Assembly: GCA_943371965.1 (NCBI GenBank) | Contig: CALRWV020000001.1 | Location: 284,706-308,705 of the forward strand | Direction: 5' to 3' | Source of the DNA: Prosthecochloris vibrioformis | GTDB taxonomy: Bacteria; Bacteroidota; JABWAT01 | DNA length: 24,000 nt | Shown here: piece after piece, positions 1 to 9,162 of the stretch | Numbering within the stretch: position 1 is the stretch's first letter | Layout: each line of letters opens with the position of its first letter | Program-made: the position numbers and the translations under genes | The notes under the pieces: generated by a model | Database searches by the model: none | Told to the model about the DNA's origin: nothing | What the model saw: only the letters and a program-made list of their open reading frames with translations

Positions 1-1
1 C

Positions 2-487
2 CTTCTTTCAGGTGATAAAGATTTCGAACGCCCTTTGCTTGTTTACTACATTAGCAATCCTGATCATTTGCACTTTAATCTGTCACCTTCAGATAAATTG
101 GATATTGTTGCTGATCTCAACAAAAAATCAATTTGTGTCATGATTGGTGATGGGTTGAATGATGCCGCCGCATTGCAGTCAGCATCGGTTGGAATCAGTG
201 TGGTTGAAGATCAGAGTCAGTTTACTCCAAGCTGTGATGCCATTCTTGCAGCTGAGAAAATGACGGAATTCAATAAATATGCACAATTTGCAAAATCACT
301 TCAGTACATCATAATCATCACATTTGGAGTTTCAATTGCATACAACAGCATCGGATTATTTTTTGCTGTTCAGGGGAAACTGACTCCTTTACTCAGTGCA
401 ATTCTGATGCCATTGAGTTCGATCACGGTCATTTCTATCGCAATCGGTCTAACAACAATATTCGCTTGGAGGAAGAAAGTACTATGA
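2..487 (+). CDS. ccoI: Heavy-metal (Cu) translocating P1B-type ATPase, C-terminal fragment (CcoI/FixI-like); 5' end lies outside the window
   Basis: The frame is open from base 2, with no stop upstream of the TTG listed at 35, so the ORF enters from the left edge. It has the P-type ATPase hinge motif GDGLNDAAAL followed by two hydrophobic C-terminal helices. The stop TGA 485-487 overlaps the next ATG (ATGA). It sits directly upstream of ccoS-ccoNO. Confidence 0.85.
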   Translation, partial: LLSGDKDFERPLLVYYISNPDHLHFNLSPSDKLDIVADLNKKSICVMIGDGLNDAAALQSASVGISVVEDQSQFTPSCDAILAAEKMTEFNKYAQFAKSLQYIIIITFGVSIAYNSIGLFFAVQGKLTPLLSAILMPLSSITVISIAIGLTTIFAWRKKVL

Positions 488-636
488 ATATTCTTTATTT
501 CCTGATCGGGATTTCAGTGCTGATGGCATTGTGTTTTCTCTTCTTCTTTATTTGGGCTGTGAAATCCGGTCAATTTGAAGACCGTTCTACTCCGGCCATG
601 AGAATATTATTTGATGATCTTAAAAAAGAAAAATAA
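484..636 (+). CDS. ccoS: cbb3 oxidase maturation protein CcoS/FixS (50 aa); not in the ORF track
   Basis: Hand translation gives MNILYFLIGISVLMALCFLFFFIWAVKSGQFEDRSTPAMRILFDDLKKEK, with stop TAA at 634-636. It has one TM helix followed by the CcoS signature WAVKSGQF(D/E)D...P..RILFDD. An ATGA overlap links it to the ATPase gene. Confidence 0.9.
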   Translation: MNILYFLIGISVLMALCFLFFFIWAVKSGQFEDRSTPAMRILFDDLKKEK

Positions 637-674
637 CAACTTAATAAAACCGCAATCAAACTAATGGGGGCTCA

Positions 675-2858
675 ATGTTGGAAAAAGAAACAATTCAATA
701 TGACAATAAAATTGTCATGCAGTTTGCTGTTGCTGCAATAGTCTGGGGGATCGTAGGATTTCTGGTAGGACTGATTGTTGCCACAAAACTAATTTATCCG
801 GATTTTCTGGGATTCATTCCGGAATTTTCATATGGTCGGTTACGTCCATTACATACCAATGCTGTAATATTCGCATTTGTTGGAAATGGAATGTTCATGG
901 GAATTTACTATTCGCTTCAGAGACTTACCAAAGCGAGAATGTTCAGTGATAAATTGAGTGCGATCAATTTCTGGGGATGGCAGACCATTATTGTTGCAGC
1001 AGCCATAACACTTCCAATGGGATTGACTTCAAGCAAAGAGTACGCAGAACTTGAATGGCCGATTGATATTGCCATTGCCCTTATTTGGGTTGTTTTCGGC
1101 TGGAATATGTTTGGTACTTTATACAAACGCCGTGTGAAACACATGTATGTTGCAATCTGGTTTTATATAGCAACATTCTTAACGGTAGCAATGCTTCACA
1201 TTGTCAATTCATTTGAGCTTCCTGTCGGCATGTTTAAAAGTTACTCTATGTTTGCCGGAGTTCAGGATGCACTGGTTCAATGGTGGTACGGTCACAATGC
1301 AGTAGCCTTTTTCCTGACAACACCATTTCTGGGAATCATGTATTATTTCATTCCAAAAATATCAGGCCGTCCGGTGTTTTCTTATAGACTTTCAATTGTT
1401 CACTTCTGGGCTTTGATTTTTATTTACATTTGGGCTGGCCCCCATCACTTGTTATACACAGCGCTTCCCGGTTGGGCACAGGCTTTGGGAACAGTTTTCT
1501 CTATTATGCTGATTGCTCCTTCCTGGGGTGGTATGCTGAACGGATTGTTTACTTTGAGGGGAGCATGGGATAAAGTCCGGAGCGAACCATCACTTAAATT
1601 TCTGGTAGTTGGAGTTACAGCTTACGGTATGGCAACTTTTGAAGGACCAATGATGGCTTTGAAAAGTGTAAATGCCCTAACACATTACACCGATTATACC
1701 ATCGGTCACGTTCACATGGGAGCTTTAGGATGGAACGGCGGTTTGGTTTTTGCCATGCTTTATTATTTGATTCCAAAAATGTACGGAACTCAACTGTTCA
1801 GCAAAAAACTGGCATCCATCCATTTCTGGTTGGCTACCATGGGAATGCTGTTTTATGTGATTGCCATGTATTGGGCTGGAATTACACAGAGTCTGATGTG
1901 GAAGGAATTTACTTCTGAAGGAATGCTGAAGTATCCAAATTTCCTTGAAACAGTTACACAGCTTTTCCCAATGTACATTCTCCGTGCAATTGGCGGAACC
2001 ATGTATATTGTTGGTGCCTGCGTGATGATTTACAATCTTATAAAAACTGCAAAAAGCGGAGTATTTGTTTCAAACGAACAGGTTGAAGTTGCTCCATTGA
2101 TTGACGAAGAACATCCTGCAACTCCAGGTAAAAAAGAATATTTGCACAGAGCACTTGAATCAAAGGTTTTAGTTTTCAGTGTATTGGCATTTGTTGCAGT
2201 TGCGATTGGTGGATTGGTTCAGTTTATTCCGACCGCAGTTGTGAAATCAAATATTCCTTCCATTTCCGCTGTTAAACCTTACACACCACTCGAACTGGAA
2301 GGACGTGACATTTATATACGCGAAGGTTGCGTGGGATGTCACAGTCAGATGATTCGTCCGTTCAGAAGCGAAACCGAACGTTACGGTGAATATTCAAAAG
2401 CCGGAGAATTCGTTTATGATCATCCATTCCTTTGGGGTTCAAAACGGACTGGACCAGACCTTCAGCGTGAAGGCGGAAAATATGGTGATATCTGGCATTA
2501 TATGCACCTGAACGATCCGAGATCAACTTCTCCGGGATCTATCATGCCTTCTTATGCGTGGTTGTTAGACCATTCTTTGGATACAACCTATACCCTAGGC
2601 AAAATATCTGCAATGAGGACTCTGGGTGTTCCATATCCTGAAGGTTATGAAGCAACAGCAATGGCAGACCTTCACAAACAGGCAAATGAAATTACTTCAA
2701 ATATCAGGGAAGCCGGTTATGAAGAAAGTTCAGATAAAGAAGTTGTTGCACTCATTGCCTATTTGCAGAGATTAGGCAAAGACATCAAAGCTGATGCAAT
2801 GATACAGAGAGCCAACAAAAAAATTGTTGATACAACACAAAAACCTGAAAGTAAATAA
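675..2858 (+). CDS. ccoNO: cbb3-type cytochrome c oxidase, fused subunits I+II (CcoN-CcoO)
   Basis: 727 aa. The N-terminal ~470 aa are polytopic and carry CcoN strings (QWWYGHNAVAFFLT, PHHLLYT, IGHVHMGALGWNG). The C-terminal ~230 aa have one TM helix and a single heme-c site, CVGCHSQMIRP, typical of CcoO. Confidence 0.95.
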   Translation: MLEKETIQYDNKIVMQFAVAAIVWGIVGFLVGLIVATKLIYPDFLGFIPEFSYGRLRPLHTNAVIFAFVGNGMFMGIYYSLQRLTKARMFSDKLSAINFWGWQTIIVAAAITLPMGLTSSKEYAELEWPIDIAIALIWVVFGWNMFGTLYKRRVKHMYVAIWFYIATFLTVAMLHIVNSFELPVGMFKSYSMFAGVQDALVQWWYGHNAVAFFLTTPFLGIMYYFIPKISGRPVFSYRLSIVHFWALIFIYIWAGPHHLLYTALPGWAQALGTVFSIMLIAPSWGGMLNGLFTLRGAWDKVRSEPSLKFLVVGVTAYGMATFEGPMMALKSVNALTHYTDYTIGHVHMGALGWNGGLVFAMLYYLIPKMYGTQLFSKKLASIHFWLATMGMLFYVIAMYWAGITQSLMWKEFTSEGMLKYPNFLETVTQLFPMYILRAIGGTMYIVGACVMIYNLIKTAKSGVFVSNEQVEVAPLIDEEHPATPGKKEYLHRALESKVLVFSVLAFVAVAIGGLVQFIPTAVVKSNIPSISAVKPYTPLELEGRDIYIREGCVGCHSQMIRPFRSETERYGEYSKAGEFVYDHPFLWGSKRTGPDLQREGGKYGDIWHYMHLNDPRSTSPGSIMPSYAWLLDHSLDTTYTLGKISAMRTLGVPYPEGYEATAMADLHKQANEITSNIREAGYEESSDKEVVALIAYLQRLGKDIKADAMIQRANKKIVDTTQKPESK

Positions 2859-2867
2859 GGTAAGTTT

Positions 2868-3038
2868 ATGTTTAAAGAAGTTTTACAAAGCATTGATGGA
2901 GTGGCAGTTTTTCCTGTCATTTCCCTCGTTTTATTTTTCACTTTTTTTGTGTCGGTCTGTGTGATCTGGTTCCGCAAAGACAAAAAAACAGTTGATGAAT
3001 ATGCTCAGATTCCACTGGGCGAAACAGATAACCTATAA
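2868..3038 (+). CDS. ccoQ: CcoQ/FixQ-like small membrane subunit or assembly factor (56 aa); not in the ORF track
   Basis: Hand translation gives MFKEVLQSIDGVAVFPVISLVLFFTFFVSVCVIWFRKDKKTVDEYAQIPLGETDNL, with stop TAA at 3036-3038. It has a single TM helix and lies between ccoNO and ccoP. The IDGV..FP.ISL..FF.FF pattern matches my memory of Bacteroidota CcoQ-like proteins. Confidence 0.8.
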   Translation: MFKEVLQSIDGVAVFPVISLVLFFTFFVSVCVIWFRKDKKTVDEYAQIPLGETDNL

Positions 3039-3072
3039 ACAATTTTAAACTCTTTTTGAAAAGGAAAATACT

Positions 3073-3675
3073 ATGACGCCGGAAGAACAAGAAAAACTGA
3101 TGGATCATGAATATGATGGAATTCAGGAATTTGACAATAATCTGCCAGGATGGTGGACATATGGTTTCTATTTCTGTATCCTCTTCGCATTTGTCTACAT
3201 GATCATTTACTATGTTGTCGGATGGGCACCCGTTCAGGAAGGTGAATACAAGGAAGAGATGCAGACTGCCTACAATCAGTACAAACTGACTCCTTCATTT
3301 CTGAACACATCTGGTTTATCGTATGATGTTGATGCAACGTTTGAACTTCTGAAAGATGAAGAAGCAATTGCTGCAGGAAAATCAATTTTCACATCCAACA
3401 AATCATTATGCTATACCTGTCACGGTCCTGAAGGACAGGGACTTGTTGGACCGAATTTGACAGATGAGTATTGGAGAAACGGCTGTGATGTAAAACAGAT
3501 TGCAAAAAACATAACAACCGGGTTTCCAATCAAAGGAATGGTTCCGTTTGGAAGTGGTCAGAAATTGAGTGCCAAGGAGTTGAACCAAGTGGTGGCATTT
3601 TTGTATTCGATCAGAGGGTCAAACCCGGCGAATCCAAAACCAATCGACCCAACGCGTGATATCAAATGCCAGTAA
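3073..3675 (+). CDS. ccoP: cbb3-type cytochrome c oxidase subunit III (CcoP/FixP), monoheme form
   Basis: It has the FixP N-terminal signature HEYDGIQEFDNNLPGWW plus a TM helix. There is one CXXCH (CYTCHG) with a downstream Met (KGMVPF), and no second CXXCH in the 200 aa. An AAGGA motif lies upstream of the ATG. Confidence 0.9.
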   Translation: MTPEEQEKLMDHEYDGIQEFDNNLPGWWTYGFYFCILFAFVYMIIYYVVGWAPVQEGEYKEEMQTAYNQYKLTPSFLNTSGLSYDVDATFELLKDEEAIAAGKSIFTSNKSLCYTCHGPEGQGLVGPNLTDEYWRNGCDVKQIAKNITTGFPIKGMVPFGSGQKLSAKELNQVVAFLYSIRGSNPANPKPIDPTRDIKCQ

Positions 3676-3851
3676 CAGTTAACTTCAGTTAAATAAAATA
3701 TGGACCGTCTTGAAAGAGGTGCAGTTTTTTTAAAGATTAGTTGGTTTGGGTATCAGCAAGTTGATATTTGAATTGATTCTGCATCTTTCCATCCCCCCGG
3801 AAAATGCATAAAAATCTTTTGGGACAGTCCGTTTAATAAAGCAAAATAAAA

Positions 3852-5264
3852 ATGAGTGATTATTCGAATAAAGATGAATCCTTCAGAGATCATCTCGCTA
3901 CCGCAGATGTAACCGGAAAAAGAAAATGGATTTTCCCCAAAAAACCTTCCGGATTTTACCACAATGCAAGAGCTATTGTTGCTGTAATTTTATTGGGTTT
4001 CTTTTTCCTTTCACCGTTTGTTGAACTTCATGGTCATCAAATGGTTCAGTTCAATTTCATTGACAGAATTTTCATCATCTTCGGTGTTGTTTTCTGGCCG
4101 CAGGATTTTTTCATCTTTGCAATTGCACTTCTTGTTTTTTTGCTTTTCATCGTAACATTTACCAGTATTTTTGGTCGGCTGTGGTGTGGATGGGCATGTC
4201 CGCAAACTATCTTCATGGAAATGGTTTTCAGAAAAATTGAATATTTCATTGAAGGAGATTATGTAAAACAAAAAGCATTGACTGCAATGAAATGGAATCT
4301 GGAAAAAATTGTTAAGCGGCTGGGGAAACATGCCATTTTCTTTTTCATTTCCTTCTTAATTGCAAATACTTTTCTCGCTTATATTATTGGTAAGGAAGCA
4401 CTTTTCAAAATTGTAACTGAACCGGTGGAAATGCATATCAGTGGATTTACATCATTGACTATTTTTTCGTTTGTATTTTATCTGGTTTATGCACGTTTCC
4501 GTGAGCAGGCCTGTATTGTTGTTTGTCCTTATGGAAGATTTCAATCCGTTATTGTTGATGACAAAACGATTGCCGTTACGTATGATTTTGTCCGTGGCGA
4601 ACCACGCGGGGTTCAAAGCAAAGAAGAAATGAAATTGAATGCAAATCCGAAAGGTGATTGTGTCGATTGTCATCAATGTGTTAGAGTATGTCCGACCGGA
4701 ATCGATATCAGGAACGGAATTCAGCTTGAATGTGTAAACTGTACAGCCTGTATTGATGCGTGTGATGATATCATGACAAAAGTGAAAAAGCCGAAAGGTC
4801 TCATCCGTTATGCTTCGTATGAAAACATTGTCAAAGGCACCAAATTTCATTTGAATTTCAGAAATATTGCATACATGACCGTTTTGAGCATATTGTCACT
4901 TATTCTTGTATTTATATTTATGGGACGTCAGGATTTTGATGCTTTGGTTTTAAGACAGCCGGGAACTATTTTCCAGCAGTATGATTCAACCAGATATTCA
5001 AATCTGTATAATTTTACACTCAGCAATAAAGCATACACTGATCTGGACGGAACATTGGAAGTTGTTGGAATTCCCGCAGAAATTAAATTTCTGAATACCA
5101 AAACGCCGGTAACCTCGCAAAAACTGATTGAGTTCAAAGTTTTTATTATCATTGATAAAAAATATTTGAAACCAAATGCCAACGATTTGAAACTTTTGTT
5201 TACCACCGGTACCGGAGAAACAAAAAAACTGAAAACTGAATTTATAGCACCAGCAAAGTTGTGA
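3852..5264 (+). CDS. ccoG: CcoG/FixG/RdxA-type 4Fe-4S membrane ferredoxin (cbb3 assembly, cupric reductase family)
   Basis: 470 aa with TM helices. It carries the LWCGWACPQT motif, two ferredoxin clusters (CVDCHQCVRVCP and CVNCTACIDAC) and a C-terminal beta-rich domain. Confidence 0.92.
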   Translation: MSDYSNKDESFRDHLATADVTGKRKWIFPKKPSGFYHNARAIVAVILLGFFFLSPFVELHGHQMVQFNFIDRIFIIFGVVFWPQDFFIFAIALLVFLLFIVTFTSIFGRLWCGWACPQTIFMEMVFRKIEYFIEGDYVKQKALTAMKWNLEKIVKRLGKHAIFFFISFLIANTFLAYIIGKEALFKIVTEPVEMHISGFTSLTIFSFVFYLVYARFREQACIVVCPYGRFQSVIVDDKTIAVTYDFVRGEPRGVQSKEEMKLNANPKGDCVDCHQCVRVCPTGIDIRNGIQLECVNCTACIDACDDIMTKVKKPKGLIRYASYENIVKGTKFHLNFRNIAYMTVLSILSLILVFIFMGRQDFDALVLRQPGTIFQQYDSTRYSNLYNFTLSNKAYTDLDGTLEVVGIPAEIKFLNTKTPVTSQKLIEFKVFIIIDKKYLKPNANDLKLLFTTGTGETKKLKTEFIAPAKL

Positions 5265-5272
5265 GGGGAAAA

Positions 5273-5713
5273 ATGAAGATTTCATGGCCTGTTGGAATAA
5301 CAGCACTGATTCTTGTTTTTATGGCAGGAACCATGACAATGGTTTACATTGCAGTTCACCAGGATTTTTCACTCGTCAGTAAAGATTACTATGAAGAATC
5401 ACTTCAGTATGATTTGGTGAAAGAAAAACAGGAAAACAGGATGCGGGATAAAACTGATATCCAGTTTATTTATTCCGAGGAATCACAAACCTTAAACCTG
5501 TTTTTTTCTGAACAGGACAGTTCAGTCATTGGAATACTTCATTTTTACAAAGCAAGTGAAATAAACGATGATTTCAGTGTACCGGTTAATGCAGTTTCCG
5601 GTAACCAGTCTGTTGATGTTAGCCAGCTTGTTTCTGGTAAGTGGAAAGTGAAAGCAGATTGGAAACAGAACAATGTTGACTATCTGCAGGAATTTGTTTT
5701 GATGAAGAAGTGA
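5273..5713 (+). CDS. FixH-family protein (cbb3 assembly-associated)
   Basis: It has an N-terminal TM helix (WPVGITALILVFMAGTMTMVYIAV) followed by KDYYEESLQYD, as in FixH-domain proteins. It lies immediately after ccoG. I prefer ATG 5273, which is preceded by GAGGGG at 5263-5268, over the GTG at 5261 in the track. Confidence 0.7.
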   Translation: MKISWPVGITALILVFMAGTMTMVYIAVHQDFSLVSKDYYEESLQYDLVKEKQENRMRDKTDIQFIYSEESQTLNLFFSEQDSSVIGILHFYKASEINDDFSVPVNAVSGNQSVDVSQLVSGKWKVKADWKQNNVDYLQEFVLMKK

Positions 5714-5883
5714 ATCGGGAAAATGGAACACAGATGACACTGATTATTATGATGATTTCAGATGTAATCAAAGTTGGTTTTTAGCTATTAATTAATAAAA
5801 ACAACTATAAATAATGATTAATAAATAAATCGAATTAATCATAACGATCAGCGTTATCAGCGTTCAATTGAATTGGAATCCGA

Positions 5884-6591
5884 ATGAGTGAATATATAGT
5901 TTTAATGCTGATGGGTTTGGCCGGTTCTCTGCACTGTGCGGGAATGTGCGGTCCCATTTGTCTTGCTCTGACAAAAAAGGAAAAACCTTCTTCAGTTTTC
6001 AATCTCAATATTCTTGTTTACCATTTCAGCAGAATATCTGCTTATATCGTACTTGGTGTTCTCCTGTTTTTTTTCAGTGATATCAGCGGATTGAACCAAT
6101 ATCAGAATTCAATCAGTATTTTTTCCGGAATCGCAATTCTTGTCTTTATTTTTTTTACTGCATTCTGGTATAAACTCGAATATTTCGCAGCAAAGTTTCC
6201 GCTGTATAAATTTGTGAAACAAAATCTGTCAAACTCCCTCAAAAGCACTTCGAAATATTCCTTCATTTTTACAGGATTTCTCAATGGACTTTTACCATGC
6301 GGATTAGTTTATATTGCATTGATCAATGCACTTCGTCAGCAGGAAATTCAAACTGCTGTATTTTCGATGTTCTTTTTTGGTATCGGTACACTTCCAATGA
6401 TGACCATGATCGGGTTGGGTTCACAATTCTTGAAACGATCCCAAATATGGGCACATTCAAGAATTGCCATTACAACTGTTCTCGCTGTCTTTTTTATTTT
6501 ACGCGGTATGAATCTTGGAATCCCATACATTTCTCCTTCAGTCAACCATGATCACAGTCCTTCTGCATCTCACGATCCTATTTGCCATTAA
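5884..6591 (+). CDS. DsbD_2 / TauE-SafE-like polytopic membrane protein commonly ending Bacteroidota cco clusters
   Basis: 235 aa, about 6 TM helices. It has the paired motifs LHCAGMCGPI near the N-terminus and LLPCGLVY mid-protein, typical of the COG2836/DsbD_2 family, and a His-rich C-terminal tail (HDHSPSASHDPICH). Confidence 0.65.
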   Translation: MSEYIVLMLMGLAGSLHCAGMCGPICLALTKKEKPSSVFNLNILVYHFSRISAYIVLGVLLFFFSDISGLNQYQNSISIFSGIAILVFIFFTAFWYKLEYFAAKFPLYKFVKQNLSNSLKSTSKYSFIFTGFLNGLLPCGLVYIALINALRQQEIQTAVFSMFFFGIGTLPMMTMIGLGSQFLKRSQIWAHSRIAITTVLAVFFILRGMNLGIPYISPSVNHDHSPSASHDPICH

Positions 6592-6784
6592 AAATTGAAG
6601 ACTGAAGACTGTAATCGGGAGACCGATAGCAACCTGATTGTCAGTTTATTTTATTCTGTTTGAAATTTATTATTTCTCAAGACCTGATCCTCTATATACT
6701 CACACGCAGTTGAAACTGCTTTAAAAAATTGCGACTTTATCAGAATCGCTATCAATACATACCCTCAATTATTCAGGAAATATC

Positions 6785-8926
6785 ATGAAAAATATCGTAC
6801 TTGTACTTTGCTTAATTTTAACCGGTACTGCTGCTTTTCCTCAGCAAATTCAATCTCCATCCGGAAAATTAACTTTACAATTCAGTTTATCTTCTGAAGG
6901 GCAACCGACCTATCAGCTTTCATTTGGAAAAAAAACAGTAATCAAACTGAGTAAGCTGGGTTTGGAGCTCAAGAATTCAGCACCACTAACAACCGGTTTT
7001 TCAGTTTCAAAAATTGACTCATCAGTTAAAGACGAAAATTGGACGCCGGTTTGGGGTGAAGTAAAAACAATCCGTAATCATTACCGTGAACTTGCAGTAA
7101 CCCTTATACAGATAGATCAGAAAAACAGATCCATGATAATCCGGTTCAGATTGTTTGATGATGGACTGGGTTTCAGATATGAATTTCCTCAACAACCCGG
7201 TTTCTCTTACTTTACTGTGACTGATGAAAAGACAGAATTTAATCTGACTGGCGATCATAAAACATTTTGGATTCCAGGCGATTATGATTCCAATGAATAC
7301 CCTTATGCTAATACTCTGCTCAGTCAGATTCATGCGTTGGCTGAAAGCAAATTTGGCGGAATGAGCCTTCAGACAGTAATTGCTGACAATGCGGTTCAAA
7401 CTCCATTGATGATGAAAAGTGCAGATGGATTGTATATCAATATTCATGAAGCTGCTCTGGTAAATTATTCTGCCATGAATTTACTGGTTGACAGGAAGAC
7501 ATTTTCTCTAACAAGTCAATTGGTTCCAGACCCGGTAGGAAATAAAGCCTATCTTCAAACTCCCGCGAAAACTCCTTGGCGTACGGTTGTTGTCAGTGAT
7601 AAGGCAACAGATATTCTGACTTCCAAACTGATTCTGAATTTGAATGAGCCGTCAGTGATTGCAGATCCAAGCTGGATTAAACCGCAGAAAATGATTGGCA
7701 TCTGGTGGGAGCTGCACGTCAATAAAACAAGCTGGAATTATTCGGATGTAAATAATGTAACTCTTACCGGCACAGACTGGAAAAATATTAATCCAAACGG
7801 CAGACATGGCGGTACAACCGAACGTACCAAATATTACATCGACTTTGCCGCAAAAAATGGAATTGAAGGGATTCTGGTTGAAGGTTGGAATATCGGTTGG
7901 GAAGATTGGTATGGAAACTGGAAAGAAGAAGTTTTCGATTTTGTTACTCCTTATCCGGATTATGATGTAGATGCCATTCAGAAATATGCAGATGAAAAAG
8001 GTGTGAAAATGATCATGCATCATGAAACTTCAGCATCAGTTACCAATTACGAACGCAGAATGGATGAATCCTATAAATTCATGAAAAAACATGGATATGA
8101 TGCCGTAAAGACCGGATATGTGGGAAGAATTATTCCTCGAGGTGAATTTCATGATGGTCAGTGGATGGTGAATCATTATGTAAGAGTCGCACAGAAAACT
8201 GCAGATTACAAAATCATGATTGATACCCACGAACCTGTTAGACCTACCGGACTATCACGTACCTATCCGAACTGGTTGGCTGCCGAAGCAGCAAGAGGAA
8301 ATGAGTACAATGCCTGGAGTGCAGGAAATGCGCCCGAACATGAAACGATTTTACCATTTACAAGATTAATGGGAGGTCCGATGGATTATACTCCTGGAAT
8401 TTTCCAGATTAAACTGGATTATTACACACCGGGAAAGAAAGAATCAGTTCACACTACACTGGTTAAGCAAATGGCGTTGTTTGTGACGATGTACAGCCCA
8501 CTTCAAATGGCAGCAGATCTTCCGGAAAACTACGACCGGTTTCCTGATGCATTTCAGTTTATCAAAGATGTTGCAGTTGATTGGGATGATTCAAAAATAC
8601 TTGAAGCTGAGCCCGGTGATTACATAACAATTGCCCGTAAAGCAAAAAACAAGGAAGATTGGTACATTGGAGCAATTACAGACGAAAACTCACGCACATC
8701 GGATATTGGGTTGGAATTCCTGACAGATGGTAAATGGTATGCTGCTGATATTTACCAGGATGGAAAAGATGCACATTGGGATAAAAACCCGATGTCATAT
8801 AAAATTGATCACGTTCTGGTTAACAGCAAAACAAATCTGAAACTGAAGTTGGCAGAAGGTGGAGGGGCAACGGTTACTTTGAAACCTGCAACTGAAAAGG
8901 ATTTGAAGAATTTGAAGAAATACTAA
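6785..8926 (+). CDS. Glycoside hydrolase family 97 (SusB-like alpha-glucosidase), secreted
   Basis: 713 aa with signal peptide MKNIVLVLCLILTGTAAFPQQ. The N-terminal SPSGKLTLQFSL...GQPTYQLSF beta-sandwich start and the strings MHHETS, RTYPNWLAAEAARGNEY and GGPMDYTPG match GH97 as I remember it. Confidence 0.85.
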   Translation: MKNIVLVLCLILTGTAAFPQQIQSPSGKLTLQFSLSSEGQPTYQLSFGKKTVIKLSKLGLELKNSAPLTTGFSVSKIDSSVKDENWTPVWGEVKTIRNHYRELAVTLIQIDQKNRSMIIRFRLFDDGLGFRYEFPQQPGFSYFTVTDEKTEFNLTGDHKTFWIPGDYDSNEYPYANTLLSQIHALAESKFGGMSLQTVIADNAVQTPLMMKSADGLYINIHEAALVNYSAMNLLVDRKTFSLTSQLVPDPVGNKAYLQTPAKTPWRTVVVSDKATDILTSKLILNLNEPSVIADPSWIKPQKMIGIWWELHVNKTSWNYSDVNNVTLTGTDWKNINPNGRHGGTTERTKYYIDFAAKNGIEGILVEGWNIGWEDWYGNWKEEVFDFVTPYPDYDVDAIQKYADEKGVKMIMHHETSASVTNYERRMDESYKFMKKHGYDAVKTGYVGRIIPRGEFHDGQWMVNHYVRVAQKTADYKIMIDTHEPVRPTGLSRTYPNWLAAEAARGNEYNAWSAGNAPEHETILPFTRLMGGPMDYTPGIFQIKLDYYTPGKKESVHTTLVKQMALFVTMYSPLQMAADLPENYDRFPDAFQFIKDVAVDWDDSKILEAEPGDYITIARKAKNKEDWYIGAITDENSRTSDIGLEFLTDGKWYAADIYQDGKDAHWDKNPMSYKIDHVLVNSKTNLKLKLAEGGGATVTLKPATEKDLKNLKKY

Positions 8927-8929
8927 TCA

Positions 8930-9130
8930 CCCTCACCTTAATCTCAGCCTGAGGCTGATCTGCCTTTGGCATGACTCTCCCGTCAAGGGAGAGGAGATGC
9001 TTAAAAACTTTTAGTTTTCAAGAAAAAATGCAAACATGAAAAAACAAGATTGGTAACCAACAAATTAATTATTATGGAAACGAGTTCCCATATTTCCTCT
9101 CCCCTTTGCGGGAGAGGACTAAGGTGAGGG
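8930..9130. repeat. MITE-like element copy A (201 bp): 14-bp terminal inverted repeats, palindrome, two GC-rich hairpins
   Basis: Left end is CCCTCACCTTAATC (8930-8943). Right end is GACTAAGGTGAGGG (9117-9130), a 13/14 reverse complement. Inside are the palindrome TCAGCCT-G-AGGCTGA (8944-8958) and two hairpins: CTCTCCC-GTCAA-GGGAGAG (8975-8993) and CCTCTCCC-CTTTGC-GGGAGAGG (9096-9117). Confidence 0.8.
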
Positions 9131-9162
9131 GAAATAAAAATCAACGCAACCAAGAGGTGTAA

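Noticed and set aside
3751-3766. Inverted repeat TATCA-N6-TGATA upstream of ccoG as a possible FNR/CRP-type site
   Set aside because: The arms are only 5 bp, it does not match the TTGAT-N4-ATCAA FNR consensus, and matches of this size are expected by chance in 24 kb.
917-5740. Antisense or out-of-frame track ORFs inside the cco genes (917-1144, 1730-1918, 2759-2983, 3203-3385, 3406-3588, 3753-3962, 4011-4331, 4046-4249, 4452-4850, 4928-5206, 4998-5306, 5522-5740)
   Set aside because: All lie within or opposite strongly supported cco CDSs. They have low-complexity or odd composition and no start context, so they are shadow ORFs.
6596-6609. Tandem TGAAGAC x2 just after the DsbD_2-like stop codon
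   Set aside because: It is a two-copy 7-mer, too short to distinguish from chance, with no associated structure.
6102-8230. Track ORFs overlapping the DsbD_2-like and GH97 genes (6102-6284, 6297-6551, 6348-6545, 7022-7447, 7652-8023, 8036-8230)
   Set aside because: They are shadow ORFs opposite or out of frame with long, family-recognisable CDSs.
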